Source: Chiloscyllium plagiosum (taxonomy: Eukaryota). From it: 64,000 nt of DNA. The notes below the pieces were generated by a model. That model was given only the letters and a program-made list of their open reading frames with translations, did not search any database and was not told where the DNA came from. This document shows, in pieces, positions 13,696 to 25,865 of this stretch (the stretch's first letter is position 1; each line of letters begins with the position of its first letter). The stretch is from the NCBI RefSeq assembly GCF_004010195.1, contig NC_057718.1, forward strand, positions 60,922,073-60,986,072, read 5' to 3'. Made by a program: the position numbers and the translations under genes.

Positions 13696-15719
13696 TGATA
13701 TCAGTTGTTAGATCGTATTTAAGTTCTAAGTAACCTGTAATCTGCGCCCAGCATTTCTTTCATGATTTAGTTTGTGTCAAGCTGTAAATTTGTTTTCATT
13801 TCATGGGAATACCTGATACACATGTGAAATAAATTACATTAACATATGCAAATAACTCAGGCTGCATTCCATGCCTCTCTAGTTTGATTGACATTTGTCC
13901 CTTTTCGTCCTTCTCAAGGTCTCTTGCATCCGTGGGTAGATAAATGGTTTGCAGCCTTCTCAGGATGTGGAAGAAATTGTAGAGCTGCAACAATGCGAAT
14001 ACACAACACAGCTAAAAGGAATGAGCTAATGCTGGAGATCTGAAATAGAAGTGCCACAAATGTATAATGCGTCCATCATCTGAAAGAAGCGTGTTTATGC
14101 TTTAAGTGTGGGACCCTTCCTAATGTAGTACCCATGGAGGCAGCACATCTGAACATTAGCCAGGCTCTTTCATGATACTTATAGACTTGCTGTGAATTTT
14201 AGACACTATTTTGTTGTGCTGTTTTTGTTGCAATTATATACTGCGCAGATTCTGGAAAGGTAACACATCTGTTGTGAAAATAAGCAGCCACTTCATCTGT
14301 TGTGTATCCCCACTTTGCTTAAATCTGAAAGTGTTTTCTAAACACAATGGAATAAAATCAATTTTAAAACCCATCAAAGTGTAGCATTTTTACTTCCTTT
14401 TTCTCCGATGTGGTTCTTGGAAAAGAATGCCATGTAGTGTTAAAGTGATTCTAATCTGTATGATCGCTCACACTAGAATCTCCAGTGAAGTTCCCATCAG
14501 GAGTATGTTGTAACTATTGATCCATGTGTCTATATTTCTACAGCAGAAAACGATGGTGTTATAGAAGCAGTGCAGAGGTGTAATAAAATGCCCTCAAGTA
14601 TACAAAGAAATAAAGATTAAAGCCACCCTTCTAATCTCCTTTAACCCTTGAAATATCCCATGTGCGGCATTCTCCAGACACACAAAAGTATAGTCACATG
14701 CTGTTGAAATCAATTGGAACTGAAATGAGAAATTGAACACTTCTGCTAAACTGTTTATTTCTCAATTAAATAAAATGTTTCAAGTTTACTCGAAACTGCA
14801 AGATTTTCAGTCGCTATAACTCACTAAAGAAGAGCTTTCCAGAGTCAGTAGGAAAGCTCTACCTATCCTAGTCATTCAGTAGTGCTATTATTTCTAATAG
14901 AATTTAGGATAGTGGCAAGAAGCCCACAAACTAAAGGATCTTTTCCACCGCTTTACTGTTACAGGCTTTCAAACTGTGGAACCCACATAGTTGCAGGCAC
15001 TTGAAAGTATATTGTTACAAAATAGCAGTGGAGATTCGCTTTTCATGCATCTCCAGATCTGTTGCTCAACCCTCTAAAACATTCCTGCACATTGGTGATA
15101 TTGCAATGTAAAATCGCTCAACAATACTTTGCACCACTGTGTCACTCACTTCTTGGATATAGAAAAGCATTTCAGAGAATTTTGGAGAGCAGAGCGCTAC
15201 ATGGAGATCGAATAGGAAACAACAGGAGGAATAAAGTCATAAAAATAAGAGTGGGCTTATGAAAATACGGGGAAAACATGACAGAACCGTGAAATTAAAG
15301 GGAGATCCTGGTTGGGGTAAAATAGCTATTTAAAAAACACAAATTGTAGGGTAAACCAAGTGGGAAAGAGGGTAAATCAATGTCAGAGAAAACATCGTGA
15401 GAAGAAGGATATGTAAATTGCAGATAATCACAATTCTACATCTTTGTGCTTCTATTTATTTGTGAACCGTGGAATTTAGGTAAAGGCAGAGATGGATCTA
15501 ATTTTAGATATTTAGGTCAAACCTGATTTTCGCATCTAAATTTTTGCCTTCAGTGTGTTTTATATGACAAATTGTATTGTTGCCTATTTTTAAGAATTTT
15601 CTATTTTGTCTAGCCTCAGAGAAATTTCCAAGTATTGCAACTGGATTCTTGAGTGAGGATACTGACCACTTACCCATTGCAGCTGAACAAAACACTGATT
15701 TTTTTTTTGTTTGAGTTAG

Positions 15720-15830
15720 ACAGAATCCTAGAATTCCTCCAGTGTGGAAACAGGATATTTGGCCCAATAAGTCCACACTGACCCTCCAAAGAGTAATCCA
15801 TCCAAACTCCTTCCCATACCCTATTAGTCT
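15720..15830 (-). mobile_element. HE1-type SINE 3' fragment
   Basis: cagtgtggaaacagg...ggcccaataagtccacactgaccctccaaagagtaa matches the HE1 tails. Confidence 0.75.
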
Positions 15831-15859
15831 AGATTTCTCAGGTACAGATAGCAGGTTAT

Positions 15860-16230
15860 TTTATTTTTAAATAGCTCAATGGGATGTGAGCATTGTTGGC
15901 TGGGTCAGCATTTTCTGCCCATTCCTTGGTGCCCTTGAGAAGGAGGTAATGAGCAGTTTTCTTTAACCGCTTCAGTGCATTTTGTATAGGTGGACACATA
16001 ACGCCTTTAAAGTGAGAGTTCCAGTAATTTGACACAAAGACAATGAAGGAACAACAATATATTTCCAAGTTCTGAGGGTGAGTGGCTTGGAGGGCAACTT
16101 GAATTTGGTATTCCCATGTAGCTATTGCCCTTGTCCTTCTGGATGGTAGTGATTGTGGGTTTACAAGGTGCTGCCTAAGGAGCTTAGGTAAATTTCTGCA
16201 GAGCATCTTGTAGGTTGTACAACTGCAGAT
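15860..16230 (-). mobile_element. Family B LINE 3' fragment
   Basis: Reverse complement is colinear with 54050-54400 (TYKMLCRNLPKLLRQHL). Confidence 0.8.
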
Positions 16231-17084
16231 ACTGTTTGCAGAACTGCTTAATGGATTAATGTGTAATAGATTTTTGATCATCTTAGGTATCAACAGATAG
16301 GGGGAGCAGGCAGGAAATTGAAGCTGAAGCCCAAAATCAGCCATATTGAATGATGGAGCAGGCTGAACAAGCTACAGAGTCTTCTTCTGTTCCTATTTCG
16401 CATGTTCTTAAGCAACATATGGATGACAGTAGTCGTAGATTTAATTCTAAATATGTGTTACAGTGTTTAGGAATTTGCATAGTGTTGGAGCAATATAACT
16501 TCACTCAACCACCTTTCCTGCGGATGGTCTATTGTAGGGAGAGTTTTTGCTTTCAATCTTGTAAAAGTTTGAGTGGGTGTCAACAGAAGACTGCATTGGA
16601 CTCTGCCTGTAACACATGCAGTCATCTGGGTAAGGGACTGACAGCTGACAGAACATACAGAAATATATTCCAGCATCAGTCTTTGGATTTATAACTAAAC
16701 TGGGGGAGAAAGATATTGGGCTGAATTTTATTATTTATTCATGTTTCAGCGCCCACACAAATGCATTGTCTATGTTTTGCTATTCAGTGGCAGAGAGCAA
16801 CATTTCACACATCTAAATAAATATTCATGAGGCCATTACGATCACTTTTTGAATCAGTGTGCAGAAATAACTTCAAAGTGTTATGGTGCAAATAGCCTTT
16901 TATGGTATATTTAAAATACTCTGTATAGATGGTGGAGCAGGAAATTAAATCCGAAAGAGAAAAAGGCATTATATCTACTATAACACCCAAGCCATTGGGG
17001 TCATCTGTAAGTATGTGAAAAAGAGATAGTTTGATGCCAAATGTACTGTTCCATAGGATACCTTTCCTCACAGTGGTTATACAT

Positions 17085-17205
17085 TATAAAAGTGTATGAC
17101 CATTATTAATGCATTTCTTCCACTTCAAAAGTTTCCATTGGTTGTAAAGTGCTTCGGGATGTCCTGAGGTCATGAAATGAGCTATATAAATGCAAGTCTT
17201 TCTTA
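17085..17205 (+). mobile_element. 3' tail of an ancient Deu/AmnSINE-type SINE or its partner LINE
   Basis: cacttcaaaag...ttggttgtaaagtgcttcgggatgtcctgaggtcatgaaa...ctatataaatgcaagtctttctt; recognised from memory of that tail type. Confidence 0.6.
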
Positions 17206-18284
17206 TTTTCTAGCTGTGCATTAAAAACAAAATTCTGTGGAATGAAATCCAAAAAGAAATCCTGGGTCTACTTCATTGGTAATGCATTAATGTCTTTTGC
17301 CCTATTAGTGGTACATCACGAGTGAAATGCGGAGCTTTAAACTCACGGTGATGAAGAAGGAATCGGTACTGTTTTAACTTATATGTAGGAGGACACTTTC
17401 TGCCATAATGCAAAATAAATTTAGTCTAACCTGTTAGTGACTTACTAAAGACCGAAGTCAACCTCATAGTGTTCTAATGATTACTAGTTCTGACTTCTTA
17501 TTGACGTCAGTTTTATTTTTGTTTCAGCTTCCTAGAATATTTCTTAATTATGCTGTTCTTTAGAATATAGGTGCTTTATTCTTATGGGCTTGAGCCTGCA
17601 ATCATTTTCATATTCCTGATATAGATCAGCCCATAAAGTAATTAATAGCACATCTTGGTGGTCTTTCTTTTTTAATGTCAACTGAGGATTCTTAAGACCC
17701 TGACCCATCTATTTTATTCAGCTGGCCTGGGCAACATTTTGCATCACTTAATATTCATGAGCCTATTACAATCACTTTCACCAGAATTACATCAGGATGG
17801 CAAGGTGAAGTAGCTTTGTATAGTGCATATATAAGTCAAGATAGTCAAAATTACATGTACAAAGGAGTGCTCTTCAATATCAATGTCATTGTTTATAAAT
17901 CATCAAAGATCATGTGGGCTTTAGCAAATGCTCTAGCATTATGAGTCACTCTAGAGCAGAATTGCAAATGAATTCACATTGTGAAGCAGAATCCCACTAA
18001 TCAAATATTAAGTCTAAATTGCTTGTCCCCAAAGAAAAAATCCCTAGGTGAAAGATCTTTACTTTCGGAATTTAGGTTGACAGACAAGAATCAAGGACTA
18101 ATTTGTAACCAATCACATTGAGTAAATTCTCTTCTCTTTTGTTCACTTCAGATATTCCATGCTTAGGTTTAATTATGTTTCTTAAGAAAATCAGTAAATC
18201 CAATTGAAAGAGAAATAAAGCACTTATTTCACAGAAATGTTTCATCACAACATCTATTGATCAATAGGTTTCCTTTCATCGTAT

Positions 18285-18865
18285 CATCATATAGATTCAG
18301 CGCAGAAAAAACCCTTTGGCCCATCAAGTCTACACTGACATAACTACCACTAAAATCTCAATTTCCTGCACCTGTCCCATATCCTTGAATGTTATGATAT
18401 TTGGAATAGTTATCCAAATACTTTTTAAAGGCTTAAGGTTTCCAACTTCCAATACTTTCCCAGGCAGTGCATTCTAGATTTCCACTATCTGCTGGGGAAG
18501 AAAAAAATGTTTTTTCCCCAAATTCCTTCTAAATCCCCTGCCCCTTACTCTAAAACTGTGACTCCTTGTGATTGACACTGTAACCGAGGGGAACAGCTGT
18601 TGTCGATTCACCCCATCCACAACCCCCCGATAATCTTACATACATCAATCATGTCCCCTTCAGTCTTTGCTGCTACAAAGAAAACAATCCATGCCTATCT
18701 AGTTTCTTCTTATAGCTCAATTTCTCCACCTCAAGCATATGCTGGTGAACCTCCTCTGTACCTCCTGTAGTGTTATCACATAATTCCTGTAGTGAGGTGA
18801 TCAGAAATACAAACAGTACTCCAGTTGTGGCCTGACCAACACTCTGTAGAACTCCAACATTACCT
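18285..18865 (-). mobile_element. Old CR1 3' fragment
   Basis: Translation LSYKKKLDRHGLFSL plus a CR1-type 3' UTR. Confidence 0.8.
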
Positions 18866-18870
18866 ATATA

Positions 18871-19446
18871 CAATGCTGACCCCGGAATCCGAACGCCCTA
18901 TTGTTCGATTGGAATCCGAACAATTATTTTGAGAAAATTTTGCCCTAAAATCTGAACAAATTTTCAGAATCCCGAACAACACGTACCGTTCAGGTCGCAC
19001 ATTGCTTGTTCAGTTCGTCCTGGGAAGTAGTCGTGAAAGCATCTCTCATGTGTCCATCACTAGCTTACCTCGTGTTTTCACCTTGATTTGTGCTTTTTTT
19101 TAAATTAATTAAGCAGTAAACCCTCTCCCTCCTTCCTCCTCTCCAGATTCCACATGCACCATTAGCACTCCTCACTAAGGTAAATGAAGTTATTTTCATG
19201 TTAGTACATTTATTTCTTGTTTTTATTATTATTACTTGATATTTAGGTCATTTACTCATCTTATTTTACCTTAACCATGTGTATTTGCAGTTAAAAGTGT
19301 CTTGAAAAATTTTTTGGGGGGGTCCAGAAATGGATTCATTCACTTTCCATTATTTCGTATGGGGAAATATAGTTTCGGAATCCGAACATTTCGCAATCGG
19401 AACAATCTCCTGGACCGAATTAAAGTCAGATTCTGAGGCACCACTG
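18871..19446. mobile_element. Tc1/mariner Tigger-like non-autonomous DNA transposon (MITE)
   Basis: TA on both flanks; imperfect TIRs CAATGCTGACCCCGGAATCCGA and (reverse complement) CAGTGGTGCCTCAGAATCTGA; repeated aatccgaac subterminal motifs; ccattatttcgtatgggga motif. Confidence 0.75.
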
Positions 19447-20043
19447 TAGTACAATAGATATGGTACTCAAATGTCAATTTCTATCCTGGTAACGAGGTTA
19501 GGGTATTGTTAGGGATGCAACGACAGTGGACCAAATGACCGTTGAATTATGACCTTGATATATAGTTTGTGGATTTATTTTAAAGGATCTTAAAATTCAG
19601 GATCACTGAAGTCCAATTCAAAGCCCATTTTCCAAACATTTCGATCACTCATAATTCATAATTGTAAATGAGAAACTATCACCATTCTTTGGTTGATAAC
19701 ATTTTCTGACCAGTTTTAGTCATGGAAAGTAGGTGAACTACTGCAAATCTCACACAAACATGAAATTAAAGTGAAAAAGAATGACATGAAGAAGAGTGAT
19801 TTGTACCTGTTCCAGCTAAACAATTGACTCCTGGAAACTTTCCTATGTAACACACTGTCAAATTAACTAGAAATCTTTGGAATTTTTTCTCAAAATTGCC
19901 TTTCTATAGCGATGCTTAATATTTTAATAAATATAAAATAATAGCACTTGACATTCACTCCAAAATATTTGCATTTATAAATAGGGATTCTAGTTTAATG
20001 GGAGAAATTGAGGCTAAAGTCTCTCCAACAAACTGTTGAAGTA

Positions 20044-20257
20044 GAAGCAAGTGAGGACTGCAGATGCTGGAGATCAGAGTCAAAAGGTGTGGTATTGGAA
20101 AAGCACAGCCGGTCAGGCAGCATCCAAGGAACAGGAGAGTCGATGCTTCGAGCACAAGCTCTTCATTCTTGATGAAGAGCTTATGCTTGGAACGTCAACT
20201 CTCCTGCTCCTCGGATGCTGCCTGACCGGCTGTGCTTTTCCAATACCACACCTTTTG
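20044..20257. mobile_element. PLE-derived fold-back insertion
   Basis: Inverted arms 20080-20166 and 20172-20258 meet at the hammerhead core; 14 bp TSD with 1 mismatch at 20030-20043 and 20258-20271. Confidence 0.88.
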
Positions 20258-23200
20258 AAACTGGTGAAGTAATCTATTAAAATAATTATAAACTAGAACA
20301 CAATATATTTTACATATGTTAAATACCCAATATATTTATTGATTATAAAAGCCCATTTTAAGTTAAATTTCAAATTATGCAGCATGTTCATGACAAGACT
20401 GGAGACAGGTGCTGACTGAAAAAAAAGATAAGATGATTCTGTAACTTACATTACCAACAAATTATGATGGTTTTGCATTGTAGCAGCATTATTTTGATGA
20501 TTTAAATTCAAGATTGAGGCAATAAATCTGCCTAATATAAGTTTACAATCTACTTCAAAGATAGTGTCATCAACAACACCTTCCAAAAATATAATTCATT
20601 TTAATGTCCTTTGTTATTGTGTATTCCTGTTGATTTTTGAGGCTTTTTGCACTAAAACTGTATGCACTTATGATACCTCTAGAGGTACAGAATTGAAGAA
20701 ATTATGAAGCTACATAGTTCAAATTAATATTGATAGAAGCAATAATTAACCTAAAGTGCTTCAGTGAACTGGGCATTTGATCTGTGCATGTTAATTCAAC
20801 CTCTGCTAGGCTGAGTAACTGCTTCAATCTAATTCCCTTATATTGCTTTTATATTATATACAGCCACTTCAGCTAGAAACAGCGCTCTTTGTCTTCACTG
20901 CCACTGTCTAAGATTTTGCATTTCAGGATGGATTTCAAAGTAATGCCAGCAATCCAGAAACTACTGCCATTTGGAACAATCGATTGTTTAAAAATCACAA
21001 TTATGACTTTCATTTTCTGACTGAGGTTCAAGCCTCGACATCTATGGAAAATCAATCGAGAATAAGAATGTGAAAACGGCATTCCTAGCCTGTACAGGTA
21101 GGCTGATTATCATAATAGATAGTGGTCCCCTGCCTCAAAGCTACGGGTATTGGTTGTTATGTTTACCACCATCAGTATGGTCCTTCCTGTGGTGTGAATG
21201 GAGTGGGTGTCTATTTTCTTTTCGTATATTTGGATATCCTAATGCTGCCTCATTCAGTTCACAAAGTCTGAATTGATAATTTCATCAGCACTAACTTAAC
21301 ATCAAACTGTTGGAATTAAGAAGGATGTTCAATTATATTTATTTAGCACTGATTATTTCTTTTAAATTCCATTTCTGGTAATCTCTTCACTATCAGAGCA
21401 ACATTCTTTTAATATTATTCAATGATGTTGTAAAAAATCAAAAACAAATGACAGTAAATGAACAATGTGCAGAAGAATGTGTTGTCAAGGATCATAGTGA
21501 GTCTATCTCCCAGCTAAGTTCTTCATGTTTCAAGCAAATCTACCTTATAACTGGAAGAAATTGAAAGTTGTTCACATAATTTCAGTTTGTTATTCTTTTT
21601 TAAATGGCTTTGTGCTCTTTTAGTATGAAAACCTCATCACCAATATAAATGCATGATATATATTGATCCATGAATGGCCTGTTCAACAATGTGCAAATAT
21701 TCATGTCCAATCCACAAGGCATTACTGAACCTTCAAGGCAACTGTAGCCAGCCAGCTACTGTGGAGCTTCTAGGAGTTAATGAGTGACCAGGGTCAAGAA
21801 TAATATACTGTCAAAGTTCATTCTGGTTTACTCCAACGTTATCAGTAGCTTTCATATTGCCCTTCCTCCCACCTTTGGCAAAGAAAACATATCAAGATGG
21901 TTGCCATGGAGCTGAAGAGATTTGCATGTATGTTATCTGTCTATTTAAATAAATTCTTATGGCTTATAACTACTACAATGCATCTTCTTCCAGGAGCCTC
22001 AGCTCATTGCTAATTTATGGTCAGCTTAGTGTGTCTGGGTTTGATGATACCATCTGAAGCACGTCGTCTAGACAATTTCAAAAGTACACTGAACAGGGAA
22101 CTTCAGTGAAAATGTATAATGCAAATAAATACCAAAATGCTATTGGAGACAGCATTCTTTACAAACCATTTTCATCTCATTCCAAACTGAAATCACACTT
22201 AATAAGTAATTATTTCAAGTGACAAAACAACATTATTAAAAACGGCTGTGAATTAGCATCAAAACCACCTTTGTTTTTCATGCCTTTTGTATTTTAGCAT
22301 CTGCGTTGCAGCCAAAACTACCATTGCCATTATTTAAGCCACTTTAACCAGGAAGTACATTAACCTTTCACCTCTTGGTATTAAGTGTTTAACTCTTTGA
22401 GCCCTGACTAAGAATGTCACCAAAAATATAATAGTCATGGAAAGATGGTGTTTTTGTTTATTTTACACATGAAATGTGAGTGAAGCTGTTCTCAATGCTT
22501 TGACTTAGTTCTCTATTTTTATAATGTACAGGATGAGATATTAGATTACTTGCACAATTATATCAAAACACAATAGTTTTCCTTATTTATTCTGGACTAT
22601 CAGTAGGAAATTTAGTGCATGTTTTCAGGAAGACCCTCCAAACCGTGAGCGACAAGGCTAGCAGCAGGGTTTTCAGCTCAATTAGGATCAGAGGTAGATA
22701 ATGTTAGAAAAGTTTTGTTGGGTTGGGGTCGCAGCCAAATGTGTAAATAGGAATCGGCAGCAAAGGTGCAGTGTTAGGCTCAGCAGGCACCCCCTTTTCC
22801 AATACTATGTCTCTCAATCAGGCACCAACACTTGGTAGTCAGTACCTGTGGCCCCAGAAGACAGTCACCTGGGCTTGTCTAAGGGTGTAAGCATTGTAAC
22901 TGCTGCCAGGACTGCTGTTGTTTGTGGTCTCATACAAGCTGGACATTAATCAAATTGTATCCCTTCCTTTGTCATCTTCCATTATCCATGAATTTATGTT
23001 GTTCTCTACTTCTATATGCACTCTCTGAGCGCATCTGGTTGCTCAGACCCACTTCCTTGACTATTCCAGCTTCCATTCTGCCATCGTACACAATCCTTAT
23101 CCTCTCACTGTTCTCGACAGAGTCCAGCAGGGCACCACCACCAATGTCAAATGTCCCAGCAGTCTTGTTTCACTGACCTTTTTCACTGAGTGCACTGAGA

Positions 23201-23471
23201 TTTAATATTGCCAGTGCCCTTCCTATATTTCTCAATACATCTCACATTTACAATCCCTCCTCTTAAAAACTCTACCCTCTGTCCTTAAAAAATTACATCA
23301 CATCCCAATCCTTCCTTTCTCCTCAAAATCACATTAAATACCCATAGCAATCTGTTCCTAACTCCATGTTTGAATCCTGCAACATTTTCCTGCCTAACTT
23401 AAACATACAAGCAGTGCTACAAATGACATTGATGGTAGTGATCATGTTATGTTTATCTTAATCTCCACTTT

Positions 23472-23848
23472 ATTCATTCATGGGATGAGGACATCACTGG
23501 CTAGGGCAGCATTTATTGCCCATCCCTAATTACTATGTTGCTGTGGCTCTACAGTCAGACCAGTAAAGATTAGAGGCAAAAAAACTGCAGATCTGAAGAA
23601 ACGTTGAATTCTCCAACTCCTGATGCTGCCTGGCTTGCTGCATTACATCAATAAAGATGGCAGTTTCCCTCCCTAAAGAACATGAGTGAACCAAATGATT
23701 TTCCATCAATTCATGGTCATCATTAGAATTTTAATTCCAGTGAATTTAAATTCCACTATCTGCTGTGGCAGCACTTGAGCTTATATCCCCCTGCACATTA
23801 CCTGGGATCACTGGATTAACAGTCCAGTGATAATACCATTAGGCCACC
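23472..23848 (-). mobile_element. tRNA-headed SINE sharing head and tail with the family B LINE
   Basis: Reverse strand reads ggtggcctaatggtattatcactggactgttaatccag...gaccatgaa...ggttcactcatg...gagccacagcaa, joined to aattagggatgggcaataaatgc...atgaatgaat. Confidence 0.85.
23571..23651. mobile_element. Small PLE-derived insertion nested in the SINE
   Basis: aaaactgcagat followed by inverted ctgaagaaacgttg...gatgctgcctggcttgctg; 7 bp TSD taaagat at 23564-23570 and 23652-23658. Confidence 0.65.
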
Positions 23849-24654
23849 AATTCTTTGTGGCTTTTGTCAGAGTTATTCACATCAGCTTTCTTCAGTCTGC
23901 CCTCCATAGTGTCAGTTTAGTGGAATTTAGCGCCACTATTAGCAATCCAAAAGTAGTCAGAAGATCTCCAACAATAGTTTCGTTCCCCTCCCCAACCTTG
24001 TTACCTCTGGAGTCCTATAAAGGCCTATCCTTAGCTTAATTTACATGCTATATATTGGCAATGTCATTTGAAGAGGTGAGATTCAATGTCCACAAACAAT
24101 CATTGTGAGATTAATAGCAGAGGTCAGACAACCATAGAGATCAATTAAGCAAGGGCTCAGGGGATTCCGTCTTCTAATGGCGACCTTGATTCTTAGCCAA
24201 GCCTCATCATATATTCTTGACTGACAGACGGACGAAGCACTCACCCGGTGAAACAGTTGTACAGCTGCTTGATTGACAGCTCTGGCTGATGATCACTGTC
24301 AGTTTCGCAATGTTCAAATGCTCCATCGTCCCCCTCCTTTTTAGTGAGTAAAGTGAGTGAGCACCAAAAGAGCAAGTGAACAGCTCTGAAATGTAACCTG
24401 GTCCAGTCTGTAAGCTGTATGCAAAGTATCCCTGCAGCAACATTGCAATGAGAGGTACACTCCAAAGTGCAACATGGCAGCCTGGAAGTGTTGTGTAAGT
24501 GGCTCAGAGATGGGGTGTGAGGGCATGGAGAGTCTGGCACCTGCCTGATGTGGAGACATGGAATGTGTGCAGCTGCTGTCCTGAGGCCCCTTCCAGGATG
24601 GCAGCCTGGAGGAAGAAGCGGCAAGCTGGAATCGCCGGGTTAATATAAACGAAA

Positions 24655-24777
24655 GTACTACAGATACAGGAGGTCTGAAACAAATACAGAGATTGCTGGT
24701 AAAACTCAGCAGATCAGACAGCATCTGTGGGAAGAAAGCAGAGTTAATGTTTCAAGTCTGGTGACTCTTCATCAGAA
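24655..24777 (-). mobile_element. PLE-derived terminal fragment (older family) with degenerate hammerhead
   Basis: Reverse strand starts ttCTGATGAagagtcaccagacttGAAACATTaac and continues into cagatgctg...ctgctgag. Confidence 0.65.
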
Positions 24778-25246
24778 TTGCTAGGTACCTGCTCTGAATT
24801 TCAGATTGGGAATGCATGACATTTAGTTTCAATCTGTTCGATGGTACAATGGGAAATTGCATATTAATGAGGCATAGTTTGGCGATAATGAAGGTGCTAA
24901 TGAGCAATGTTTCCTGTTAATAGGCCTCTCACTGTTCTCTACCAAAAACTCATATTGAAGAATTTGTTGGAAAATGCAATTAGTCGTTCTTGACGGTGAA
25001 AAGGCCTGACTATGACTTCTCACATAATTCTTCCAGATTTCTAAGCAGAGCATTCAAGGAGTGGCAAGCTTCTGTAGGTGAGCCAGGAAGGAAAAGAAGG
25101 GTCTATAAGTAAATAATCTCAATTACACCCAGTTTCCATGGAGGACTATTTGAATAATTCATTAACAAAGTATTGAAACCTGCTTCAATGTGACCACAGT
25201 CAACAGGTATTAGTACAAAGGTCAGCACATATTGCCTATGAAATTA

Positions 25247-25700
25247 GGGCAGCACAGTGGCTCAGTGGTTAGCACTGTTGCCTCACAGTGCCAGGGAACT
25301 AGGTTTGATTCCAGTCCCGGGGAACTGTCTGTGTGGAGCTTGCAAATTCTTCTTTGTATGCTTCCTCCTGGTACTCTGGTTTCCTCACACAGTCCTGAAG
25401 AAGGACTCATGCCCGAAACGTCGATTCTCCTGCTTCTTGGATGCTGCTTGACCTGCTGCGCTTTTCCAGCAACACATTTTCAGCTCTGATCTCCAGCATC
25501 TGCAGTCCTCACTTTCTCCTTCCTCACACAGTCCACAGGTTAGTTAGCAGAGTAGGTGAATTGGCCATGCTAAATTGCCATGTAGTGTCCAGCAATGTAT
25601 AGGCTGGGTGGGTTAACCACAGTAAGTATGCTCTTCAGAAGGTTGGTGCAGACTCAATGAGCCAAGTGGCTTCTATCTGCACTTTATGGGTCCTATGAGA
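25247..25700 (+). mobile_element. HE1-type SINE, interrupted by a PLE mini-insertion
   Basis: A box TGGCTCAGTGG, ttggccatgctaaattgcc core, decayed tail. Confidence 0.88.
25396..25519 (+). mobile_element. PLE mini-insertion beginning at a hammerhead core
   Basis: (c)TGAAGAaggactcatgcccGAAACGTCgatt...gtcctcactttctcc; perfect 15 bp TSD ttcctcacacagtcc at 25381-25395 and 25520-25534. Confidence 0.9.
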
Positions 25701-25711
25701 TAATGATAGTG

Positions 25712-25865
25712 AGTTACCATCTTGAATACAAATGAGTGGAGTGATATGCCAATTCAGAGGGCAACTGGCAGTCAACAGTATTGGTTGGGAGTTTAGAAAC
25801 AGTTAAGCACAGAAGAATGACTTCCCCAAAGATATCGGTAAACCTGATTGGAATTTGTAACAATT
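25712..25865 (-). mobile_element. Decayed derivative joining the family B 5' region to its 3' end
   Basis: Reverse strand gttgactgccagttgccctctgaattggc...ccactcatttg (compare 51580-51630) is followed by ttcaagatggtaactca (compare 54309-54325). Confidence 0.5.
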
